From: Bdellovibrionota bacterium
Lineage (GTDB): Bacteria; Bdellovibrionota; UBA1018; UBA923
Assembly (NCBI GenBank): GCA_040754655.1
Contig: JBFMCE010000074.1
Coordinates: 1 to 19,747, forward strand
DNA length: 19,747 bases
Reading direction: 5' to 3'
The notes below the pieces were generated by a model, which was not told where the DNA came from, ran no database searches, and worked only from the letters and a program-made list of their open reading frames with translations. Shown here piece after piece: positions 7,087 through 15,111 of this stretch. A program made the translations under genes and the position numbers. Positions within the stretch are counted from its first letter, which is position 1. The number at the start of each line of letters is the position of its first letter.

Positions 7087-8960
7087 AGATCGACTGCCGC
7101 TCCAAGTAAAAAGGTCCGTGGCTCAACGGGAAAAGTTTGAGGTCGCGTCACATCAAGGGCATTGTCGACCCTGGCGAAAACCTTTACGACTTCAGCGACA
7201 CCCTGCCAGCGAAAACCATAACCCAATTCGGCATTGGTCACCCAATACGCTTGCGCCCATTCAGAAGCATCGATCAAACCATCACGGTCAAAATCGAAAA
7301 ATCCCTGCCTTGAAGTCCAGGTCGCCTGCCCTAAGAGCGAGACTCCGCGATCGACTACCCTGCCTAAGTTCAAAGCAACACGGTGAGAGGGGGTTAGAAA
7401 AAGATCGCGCGAGTTCTCGCGATTCACGCCACGAAGCCACTGGTAGCTCGTACCCATCTCCCAATCTTCATAGAAGCGGTAAGACCCGCCGCCTTGAGCG
7501 CCATAAGTCGTAGTGCGGTCCAAATTTCCATAGGTGAATGTCGCGCCGCTGGGATCGCTCGCCACGGGCTGATAGGCGATCGCATCTCGCATCTGCACCT
7601 GAAATACGGCTGCCTTCAGCGTAGTTCGTTTTGAACGCGCCGTATGGCGAAGCGCTGTCGTCCAACTGCGTTCATTCTGAAGCTCGGGGTTGCCAACGAC
7701 TCGGTAACCCAAAGCCGAGTTCGAGAAATCCAAGAACTGCTCTTTTGAGCTTGCTTCACGGAAGCCCATTCCAGTCTCTGCTAGAGTGGCATGATCAAAA
7801 AAAGTTGTTTGAAAAAGATGCTGCAATTCAGCGCGTGGACTTATTAGCCTGGGGCCCGAATCGTAACGTGAACCAACGCCTGCCACCCAATTCTCGCTGA
7901 TCGTGTACCTCCCCCCCAGATGCGAGCCTACTGTCGTTCGGTGCAGCCCGCGGCTGCCCGTGCGCGTGGCTTGGGTTGAGTGCACGTCGGCGACCGACCC
8001 GGCGAGAACGGTGAAGTTTCCGACGCTCTCTTGCAATTCAGGCCCTAGGCGAAAAGCTTTTTCCTCAAAGATATCTTGCCTTGCTCTTGAAGAACCGCTG
8101 CCCAAGCCGTTGTACTCGCGCCTGAACTCGCTGTAAGAAAAGTGCCATTTAGACTTCACCCGGCGGATATCACTAAAAACATGTATGCGACGCTGGTTGG
8201 CCTCGTTACGCTCGCTGAATAAAACGCCCTTTGAATTTTCATGAAATCCGCTTCCACCGATGCGCAGGTCAACAGGTTGCCCGTTTAAACGAAAAGCCTC
8301 AGTGCGCGTTCCCAAGACGCTTGCTGAAAGTCTCGCCGAAGCATCGAGCGTAGTGTCATCTGCTAAAGAGTCTGCTCTGAAACTCTCGGTCCTCCAATTG
8401 CTGAAGGTGGCTGCGTAATTCCAACGCTCTTCGGTGTTGCCTGCAAGCCGCCCAGAGAACTGGGTACGTCCCAGGCTCCCGGCCGCCGATTGAAACCGGA
8501 TCTGACGGTCAAGCTCCCATGGCGACTCTAAACTGATCACGCCTGCGATGTTTTGCGAACCATAAGGAAGCGAGTCTAGGCCATGATAGACCGAGATTTG
8601 GTCGGCCGTTCCAAGACCGACATTGCGAGGGTCAAGCCCGCCGTCAAGGCGCCCGATGACGGGATCACTTTCAACGGTGATCGCAACCCTTTCTCCGCTC
8701 ATACCGTCTAAAGAGACATTGGCTCCCCGCTGGGGCGTCGGCGTCACTTGAATCGTAGATTCATTCTGCAAAGCCGAATCGAGTGATGGCCTTGCCCCCT
8801 GCCCTTTTTGCTGGGGTTTGATCTTCCGAGTCGCTTCTTGCTTGAGGTTGATTCTTGAGCTTCCAACGACCACGTCTTCAAGCGCGTAGTCTTCTTCTTG
8901 CGCAAAGACCGGTGCAGAAAAGGTGAGCATCAAAATCAGTAGAGATTGCGCTAACTTCAT
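7083..8960 (-). CDS. TonB-dependent outer-membrane receptor (HmuR/CirA-like)
   Basis: Signal peptide ending VFA; TonB-box-like EDVVVGS; plug motifs LDGMSGERVAI and QISVYHG-DSLPYGSQNIAGVI; GFREAS...GNPELQNE; C-terminal VDNALD...PRTFLLGAAVDL. Confidence 0.92.
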   Translation of the reverse strand: MKLAQSLLILMLTFSAPVFAQEEDYALEDVVVGSSRINLKQEATRKIKPQQKGQGARPSLDSALQNESTIQVTPTPQRGANVSLDGMSGERVAITVESDPVIGRLDGGLDPRNVGLGTADQISVYHGLDSLPYGSQNIAGVISLESPWELDRQIRFQSAAGSLGRTQFSGRLAGNTEERWNYAATFSNWRTESFRADSLADDTTLDASARLSASVLGTRTEAFRLNGQPVDLRIGGSGFHENSKGVLFSERNEANQRRIHVFSDIRRVKSKWHFSYSEFRREYNGLGSGSSRARQDIFEEKAFRLGPELQESVGNFTVLAGSVADVHSTQATRTGSRGLHRTTVGSHLGGRYTISENWVAGVGSRYDSGPRLISPRAELQHLFQTTFFDHATLAETGMGFREASSKEQFLDFSNSALGYRVVGNPELQNERSWTTALRHTARSKRTTLKAAVFQVQMRDAIAYQPVASDPSGATFTYGNLDRTTTYGAQGGGSYRFYEDWEMGTSYQWLRGVNRENSRDLFLTPSHRVALNLGRVVDRGVSLLGQATWTSRQGFFDFDRDGLIDASEWAQAYWVTNAELGYGFRWQGVAEVVKVFARVDNALDVTRPQTFPVEPRTFLLGAAVDL

Positions 8961-9144
8961 CGGAAAAGTTGACTAACACCAGAGAGTAATAAAATCAATG
9001 GTCAAGCGGCCTACTTGTGCCACGGGTTTGGCTGACCACTTTGGACCGTTCGTTTGAAATTGCTCCCGAGGAAACGAAATGGAACCGTCCATCTTTATTG
9101 ATTGCTGTTGCGAAAAACCGGCAAGAGATCAAAATGAAACCACA

Positions 9145-9906
9145 ATGAGATTTCTTTCTTTAGCCATTTTACTTATTGCCGTTGCCACGGCCTTCTACTT
9201 TTCTCGTGAAGAGCCTCTGAAAAAGCAGGAAGAGAGCACAAACCCAACCTCATTCACGAATTCCCCGACACCCGTCGCCTCTTCTTCCGAGGCGCCCGTG
9301 CCCGCCATAAGCGCTGCTCCGCGTATTCAACCAGACTCGCTTGAAGTCAAAGAGGACGACGCGCGCAATACAAGCGAAATTGAAGAAATTCGCCAAAGAA
9401 GACTTGTACGACTGCAGGCGGCGGCTCCGGCGCCGAAGCTAGCTTATTCGGGACGGCTCGGAAAACCCGTTCCTCCTCAAACGCTATTGTCGGATCTGGC
9501 ACCAGGCACGTTGGTTGAAGTCACAAAACCCCACCTCTTAACAAAAGGAATGGAGCGGGAGTATTTCATTGACGGGAAATATTCAGGCGGCCAATACAAC
9601 TACAACGGCACGCCATTTGATCCTGAAGATTTACCCAATAGAGGCGACCACGTGGTTTGCGAGCTTGTGACAAAACTGGGCCCAACGGAAGATCTCAAAC
9701 TGACGCCCGGCCAGATCTTATTCATCACAGGTACGCGGGTGACTTCGAACGAAGATGGCGAACAGATCTTTGTTCTTTTTGGCACCGATCCCGTCATGCA
9801 CTCTATGGTTTGCTCTGGCCCGCGTGAAGAGGCTCAGAATACCTTTAACGTGCAGGCCCTAAGCGAACAATTTGGACGCTGGTTTGTCGTGCGTTCTGGG
9901 CACTAG
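9145..9906 (+). CDS. Hypothetical exported or membrane-anchored protein
   Basis: Long ORF. ATG 9145 gives an N-terminal hydrophobic segment (MRFLSLAILLIAVATAFYF), then a Ser/Pro/Thr-rich linker and a globular C-terminal region with two Cys. The ORF track start at 9079 is the alternative. Confidence 0.75.
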   Translation: MRFLSLAILLIAVATAFYFSREEPLKKQEESTNPTSFTNSPTPVASSSEAPVPAISAAPRIQPDSLEVKEDDARNTSEIEEIRQRRLVRLQAAAPAPKLAYSGRLGKPVPPQTLLSDLAPGTLVEVTKPHLLTKGMEREYFIDGKYSGGQYNYNGTPFDPEDLPNRGDHVVCELVTKLGPTEDLKLTPGQILFITGTRVTSNEDGEQIFVLFGTDPVMHSMVCSGPREEAQNTFNVQALSEQFGRWFVVRSGH

Positions 9907-10066
9907 AAACCAGGAACTTCGCCTCAGAAGGCCTCAAGCTTTTATAGCGCCGTTATTTTGCGAGGTCTGCGATTTAAATAAACAAATTATATTTACAAAC
10001 TCATGAGACACGCATAAACATTCAAAACTATTGCTATTTTCACCCATCAAAACCTCTTTTCTACCC

Positions 10067-10095
10067 CTGACTTTCCCTTAATAATTCAGTACAAT
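10067..10095 (+). promoter_or_regulatory. Putative sigma-70 promoter for the LamG-esterase gene
   Basis: CTGACT-N17-TACAAT in an AT-rich intergenic region. The implied transcription start (~10102) is downstream of GTG 10097, which favours ATG 10133 as the start codon. Confidence 0.5.
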
Positions 10096-10132
10096 AGTGG
10101 TCAAGGGTCATTGGTTTGAGGTTTTGGGGTTT

Positions 10133-11881
10133 ATGGTTTTAGAATGTCGTCCTGTACTAAATCGGGGTTCTAAGTCTCACGGATCATCTCTTCTCGTTGG
10201 AATCGCACTGCTGTCTCTAGCAATGCTCACATCCGGGTGCTCAAAATCAAAGGAGCTTGCCGCATCGCTGCCGTCTGGAGGCACAAGCTTTCCTTCAGGG
10301 CGCGGCGGCAGCGCATCGCCTGGGTCTTCGCCTTCGGACTCCGTCAGCAGCTCGTCGAATTCACATGCGCTCGAACTGCGAGGCGGATCTACCAATGACC
10401 GCATCTCATTAGCAAACAACGCAATTGCAGAACCCACCTCGGAATTCACCCTAGGCATGCGGGTAAAACTAGACGCGCAACCCGGGGCACTGATTTACAT
10501 GTCGAAATGGGATGAGGCCGGAGCATCGAGAAGCTTCTCTTTTGACCAAGGCAACGCAATGTCAGGAGGGGCTCAACTTCGAATCGTCATGTGCAGCAAC
10601 TCTACTTGCACTACCTCTCTGCAATGCGTAAGCAATTACGGCGCTCTCACAACAGGAATCGCCACCACCATCGCGGTGTCAGTCGATTTTTCAAATCAAA
10701 CTTGCCGTGTTTATGTCGACGGTGCTGATGTGACCACCAATGTTCAAGGCACCTGGCCAGCTTCTTTTCAAAACTCGACCGCTGACTGGACGGTGGGCGG
10801 CCGCCACAACGGCCAAGACAACAGAGACTTTGATGGCGTCGTAGACGACTTCTTCATCGACAATGCCACCGCGTGGACGAGCGAGCAGATCTGGGCCTGG
10901 CACAACGGTAGAGCATCTTCGGGCAACTTTCCTTCTGGCACTACCGTCGCCACAGCCTGCCGTGGAGGCGATGACAATGGCGGCGCCGGAGGCGTCTGCC
11001 AAGATTATACCGCCAACAACCATGACTGGGCTTTGTCGGACGGAGTCACTCATGTCGCGGCCGTGCATTCAAAAATCACTGCCGCCACCGCATCTTCTTC
11101 AAATGCACTACGCCAGAATTATATTGTCCTTGGCCAATCAAATGCTTCAGGACGCGGTAGCATCGCGCAACTGACCGGCGCCGAGTACCCGAATGCCGCG
11201 CGAATCTACAACTACGCAAACGACGGCACGATCGTGAACCCAGCGGTTGAACCTATAGACAGCATCGCGGGTCAGAGCGCTATTTACCCGGCTTCGATCG
11301 AGGGCGGCGAAGCAGGCGTGGGACCTGCGCTGAAATTCGCAGATGAAATGGCTGATTACTGGCCTAATCATACGATTGGCCTCTTGCCTTGCGCGCAGGG
11401 CGCATCAAAGGTTGGCGGTTATGGCTCAAGCAATTGGACTCCGGCCACTGTGACGAACCGATTGTTCGGAGAATGCTTCTCGCGAATCTCAACGATGCCG
11501 GCAGGTGAAATCGCTGGCGTGATCGTCTATCAGGGCGAATCTGACGCAAGCAACCTTTACGACGCGCAGAACTGGGCCTACCGATGGTCGGCCGTCATTC
11601 AAAGCCTGCGCGACAGGTTGAATAATAAATATTTACCGGTGGTGTTCGTCCAACTCGCGGGCTCTGGGCCAGCGGGCGCCAACTACGCTTACTGGAATGA
11701 GCTTAAAACCAATCAATCGACGGTCTGCAACCTACTCTCGCACTGCGCGTTGGTGAGCGCTCCTTCGGGGCCGTACGCCATCGCCAACTTGCACTTGGCG
11801 ACATCCGCCCAGCTAGAACTGGGCGCTCGCATCGCAACAGCGATGAAGACACTTGATTACACGCGACTTGTAACGCCATGA
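10133..11881 (+). CDS. Lipoprotein with a LamG/concanavalin-like domain and a C-terminal SASA/CE6-type SGNH acetylesterase domain
   Basis: Lipobox-like LTSG|C and a Ser/Gly-rich linker. LamG pattern: FTLGMRVK, IAVSVD...RVYVDG, WTVGG...FDGVVDDFFI. SGNH/SASA blocks: VLGQSNASGRG, GPALKFA, IGLLPCAQG, GVIVYQGESDA, NLHL. Confidence 0.85.
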   Translation: MVLECRPVLNRGSKSHGSSLLVGIALLSLAMLTSGCSKSKELAASLPSGGTSFPSGRGGSASPGSSPSDSVSSSSNSHALELRGGSTNDRISLANNAIAEPTSEFTLGMRVKLDAQPGALIYMSKWDEAGASRSFSFDQGNAMSGGAQLRIVMCSNSTCTTSLQCVSNYGALTTGIATTIAVSVDFSNQTCRVYVDGADVTTNVQGTWPASFQNSTADWTVGGRHNGQDNRDFDGVVDDFFIDNATAWTSEQIWAWHNGRASSGNFPSGTTVATACRGGDDNGGAGGVCQDYTANNHDWALSDGVTHVAAVHSKITAATASSSNALRQNYIVLGQSNASGRGSIAQLTGAEYPNAARIYNYANDGTIVNPAVEPIDSIAGQSAIYPASIEGGEAGVGPALKFADEMADYWPNHTIGLLPCAQGASKVGGYGSSNWTPATVTNRLFGECFSRISTMPAGEIAGVIVYQGESDASNLYDAQNWAYRWSAVIQSLRDRLNNKYLPVVFVQLAGSGPAGANYAYWNELKTNQSTVCNLLSHCALVSAPSGPYAIANLHLATSAQLELGARIATAMKTLDYTRLVTP

Positions 11882-11882
11882 C

Positions 11883-11920
11883 CGCCTCTTTTCGTGAGAT
11901 GCTCCGGAAAAATGGGGGCG
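11883..11920. terminator. Imperfect stem-loop between convergent genes, possibly a bidirectional terminator
   Basis: CGCCTCTTTTCG...CGGAAAAATGGGGGCG can pair with G:U pairs and a bulge, directly after the stop at 11881. There is no clean U-tract. Confidence 0.3.
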
Positions 11921-11958
11921 TCGCGAGAATATCGACGCATGCCATCACCGTAAACGCC

Positions 11959-13245
11959 TCACGCGTGCTCTTGGCCTACGTCGAGATAGATCTCTTTGGT
12001 ATCGTCGTTGTACCCAAAGAGCTCGCCGTACCTGCCCCACTGGATCAAGGTATCAAGCACCGTAGCGCCGTTCTCGCTTGGCAACCACTCGCTCACATGC
12101 TCGAGCACGGCCTCATAAGTCAGTGTGAAATTCTCTGCAGCCCGAAGTTTTTGCTCTAAAAGCTGTGCAAGTTTGAGCTGCTTTAAGGCCTCGTGCAAGA
12201 TCCGCTTGCGCACGTTCACGTCGCCTTGAATGAATCTCTTTCCGAACTCGGTCAAGACGATCGCATTCTTAGGGGTATCGACGAAGTCGAGCAACTCAGC
12301 GGCTTTTGCCAAGAACAACACTTGCCCAAAATCCTTTCCGAGCTCTTTTGCGATCGAGAAACTGTCCCCTTGCCCGCCGCGCGCACCGATGAACTCAAGC
12401 AAACCAATCAACTCACCCAACGGCGCCGCGGGCAATGCTTCAATCGAAGTGCCGGCAAGCGCTGGCGGTATCCACTCAGGCGTGTCCGGAATGATCGCCT
12501 GCGTGATGACATCATGGATATTGCTTACCAGGCTCTTGAACCCCGACGAGCGCTCATCACGAGGATAGGGCAAATCATTTTTGATTGAGAGCCTGATGTG
12601 GCCAGGATTGGTTCCCATCACCAAGATGCGTTTAGCGAACCACGCTGCCTCAGTGATGTTATGGGTCACAAGCACGAGAGTCTTGGTGGCGGTTTTTTTT
12701 GAGAGCCAAATATTCAAAACTTCCGTGCGCAAGGTTTCCGCTGAAAGCACATCCAAAGAACTGAAAGGTTCATCCAGACAGAGCACGGGCCTTTCCATCA
12801 CAACCGCTCGCGCAATGCCCACGCGCTGTTTCATGCCGCCTGAGAGTTCTTTAGGATACGCTTCTTCAAAACCCTCAAGCCCCACAAGGTCGATGGCGCG
12901 CCGAACCTTAGTGCGCACCTCACTCCGCGGCAACTGGTAGGGTTCTAACCCGATCGCGACGTTTTCAAAAACCGTCAGCCATGGCAAAAGCGCGTACGAC
13001 TGAAAGACCATCGAAACCCAAGGATTCGGGCCATCGAGGTGTTTTCCGTCCACAAGAACTTCACCATCAGCAGGCTTGAGCAAACCTGCCATGATTCGCA
13101 GGCACGTAGACTTTCCCGATCCTGAAGGCCCCAAGAGCGCCACCGCCTCGTCTGCATAAAGGCTCAAATCGACATCTTTGAGAACCTTGACCTTCTGTCC
13201 GGTTCCCATTGTAAAACTATGATTCACTCCTCGCAGTTCGATCAT
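11959..13245 (-). CDS. NitT/TauT-family ABC transporter ATP-binding protein with a C-terminal AAA-associated domain
   Basis: Walker A GPSGSGKS, Q-loop VFQSYALLPW, signature LSGGMKQRV, Walker B LCLDEPF and H-loop VTHN. The ~160-aa C-terminal extension ends WGRYGELFGY, typical of this subfamily. Confidence 0.93.
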   Translation of the reverse strand: MIELRGVNHSFTMGTGQKVKVLKDVDLSLYADEAVALLGPSGSGKSTCLRIMAGLLKPADGEVLVDGKHLDGPNPWVSMVFQSYALLPWLTVFENVAIGLEPYQLPRSEVRTKVRRAIDLVGLEGFEEAYPKELSGGMKQRVGIARAVVMERPVLCLDEPFSSLDVLSAETLRTEVLNIWLSKKTATKTLVLVTHNITEAAWFAKRILVMGTNPGHIRLSIKNDLPYPRDERSSGFKSLVSNIHDVITQAIIPDTPEWIPPALAGTSIEALPAAPLGELIGLLEFIGARGGQGDSFSIAKELGKDFGQVLFLAKAAELLDFVDTPKNAIVLTEFGKRFIQGDVNVRKRILHEALKQLKLAQLLEQKLRAAENFTLTYEAVLEHVSEWLPSENGATVLDTLIQWGRYGELFGYNDDTKEIYLDVGQEHA

Positions 13246-13267
13246 CGCGCTTCCTTCAGCTTATTCA

Positions 13268-15022
13268 CTAACGTTCAAAACGAAACCTAGTCTCTGCCTG
13301 CTCATGCAACCACCGCCACCACGTCTGATTGAGCCCCACGACCGTGCATACCATCGCGATAAGGCAGCCCGCGACCAACGGGAAATCGCCTGCGGCGGTT
13401 GCTTGGCTGATCATAGAACCAATTCCCGTGGCCGCCAAAGTTTGATTTCCGTAGTGGATGTATTCAGCGACGATGCTGGCATTCCAAGCGCCGCCAGTGG
13501 CGCTGATCCATCCGGTGACCAGTGATGGAAAAACCGACGGCAGGTAGAGCTTCAACCAACGCGTCGAGGCGCTTGTTCCCATCAGCCGCATGCTGTCTTT
13601 GAGGTCTCGCGTGACGGCCATCGCACCCGCCAGCACATTGAACAAGATGTACCACTGTACTCCGAGCGCTAACAAAAACACCGCGCCCCAATTCATTGAA
13701 ACGCCCCAGTTCAAGAGCACTGCGATGATTACCGGATAGAGCATCGGCGCCGGAAATGAGGCTGCAAGTTGCACGATGGGTTGAAAAATTCTCGTTAGAC
13801 GCGGCGACAACCCAATCAAGATTCCCACGGGAACCGTCCATAGCGTGCCAAAAACGACCGCGCCAAGGACGCGCAAGAAGGTCAGCCCGACGGCGATCCA
13901 GATTGACTGCCAGTCATCTAATGTCAGCGTGCGTACAAGTTCCCAAAGCCTTGTACCGCCCCAAAGCGCAAACATCACGGTGACCGGCGTGCCTACTCGC
14001 GCAAGCAGAGGCAAACCCCAGTCTTTGTGCCTTCGAATGCGTTCTCGGATCACTGCGATCTTCATTCGATGCCCAAACACATTCTGGGGCTCTTGCGATG
14101 CAGTCGATGCTTTGAACTCATTTCTTCTACGACGATTGCGGACAAAAAGCCGAAACCTCCGTATCAACCACGACTCACGCAGAAGCGTCGTCATAAAAGG
14201 AAGCTCAGCGACCTCTTCCGGAATTTCTTCCATCTGAAACTTCCTTACCCAGGCCATCACGGGCCGCCAAATCACGAAATCCACGAATAAGATCACCGCG
14301 CACATCGCCAACACGCCATAGAGCATGGCCTGGTGGTCTTTGTGGTCGATCGCCAAGGCCATATAAGACCCGATGCCGGGAAGCTCAAAGCGCTTCGACC
14401 CCAGAGTGATTGATTCACAAACCGCCAAGAAGAACCAACCTCCAGCCATCGACATGAGGCTATTCCACGCCAATCCTATCGCGGCGAAGGGAAGCTCAAG
14501 ATGGCGCACGCGCTCAAGCCAGCTCAAGCGCATCACTCGCGTGACGTCACTGAGATCCAGAGGAACGGCCTTGACCGAAGAATAAAAACTAAATGTCATG
14601 TTCCAAGCTTGCCCAGTGAAGATCATCAAAATGCAGGCGATCTCAAGCCCGATATTGCTGTTTGGAAACACCGAGACCAAGCCAAGCACAAGTCCTGGCA
14701 AAAAACCCAGCACGGGAATGGATTGCAGGATATCGAGAAGCGGCAACATAACGCGCTCGGCTCGTTTTGATTTGGCAGCGGCATATCCATAGACCAAAGT
14801 AAAAATCAGCGAGAGCGCATACGCCGCAAGGGCGCGCATGAAAGAAAAAAAAGAATACTTTGGAAGGGCCCATACCGAAAGATCGATCTCAGTGCCCGAC
14901 ACAGGCGCGCCCGCCCACTGCTGCGCCAGGCCAACAAATCCGTAGATCAGCAAAGCAACGGTGGCGAGAACGAAGATATCCGCCCAGCCGAAGCTTCTTT
15001 TCGTTGGTATGTGCCTATACAT
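13268..15022 (-). CDS. ABC transporter permease with two tandem permease domains (NitT/TauT family)
   Basis: Many TM segments. First module has DILQSIPVLGF, FTGQAWNM and WNSLMSMAGGWFF; second has QLAASFPAP, QWYILFNV and GGAWNASIVAE. Ends 22 bp upstream of the ATPase. Confidence 0.92.
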   Translation of the reverse strand: MYRHIPTKRSFGWADIFVLATVALLIYGFVGLAQQWAGAPVSGTEIDLSVWALPKYSFFSFMRALAAYALSLIFTLVYGYAAAKSKRAERVMLPLLDILQSIPVLGFLPGLVLGLVSVFPNSNIGLEIACILMIFTGQAWNMTFSFYSSVKAVPLDLSDVTRVMRLSWLERVRHLELPFAAIGLAWNSLMSMAGGWFFLAVCESITLGSKRFELPGIGSYMALAIDHKDHQAMLYGVLAMCAVILFVDFVIWRPVMAWVRKFQMEEIPEEVAELPFMTTLLRESWLIRRFRLFVRNRRRRNEFKASTASQEPQNVFGHRMKIAVIRERIRRHKDWGLPLLARVGTPVTVMFALWGGTRLWELVRTLTLDDWQSIWIAVGLTFLRVLGAVVFGTLWTVPVGILIGLSPRLTRIFQPIVQLAASFPAPMLYPVIIAVLLNWGVSMNWGAVFLLALGVQWYILFNVLAGAMAVTRDLKDSMRLMGTSASTRWLKLYLPSVFPSLVTGWISATGGAWNASIVAEYIHYGNQTLAATGIGSMISQATAAGDFPLVAGCLIAMVCTVVGLNQTWWRWLHEQAETRFRFER

Positions 15023-15111
15023 TTCCGCTTTCCTAAAATTTGGCTTCGAAAAGAGGCAAAAACTTCCTCTGCCTGGCCCAAAAATGACCTTTTTGGATCT
15101 TTTTTCAGACT

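Noticed and set aside
6914..7513. 199-aa plus-strand ORF
   Set aside because: Antisense to the receptor and the HmuY-like lipoprotein; no motifs.
9008..9022. TGGCAC on the minus strand upstream of the receptor as a possible sigma-54 promoter
   Set aside because: It reads TGGCACAAGTAGGCC; the -12 GC is not at the required GG-N10-GC spacing and TTGC is absent.
11878..12159. 93-aa plus-strand ORF overlapping the esterase stop (ATGA)
   Set aside because: Mostly antisense to the ABC ATPase 3' end and spans the putative terminator hairpin; no recognisable features.
12693..14852. 8-nt A/T homopolymers in the ABC genes as phase-variation tracts
   Set aside because: Short, in-frame Lys/Phe codon runs of a length expected by chance; both ORFs are intact.
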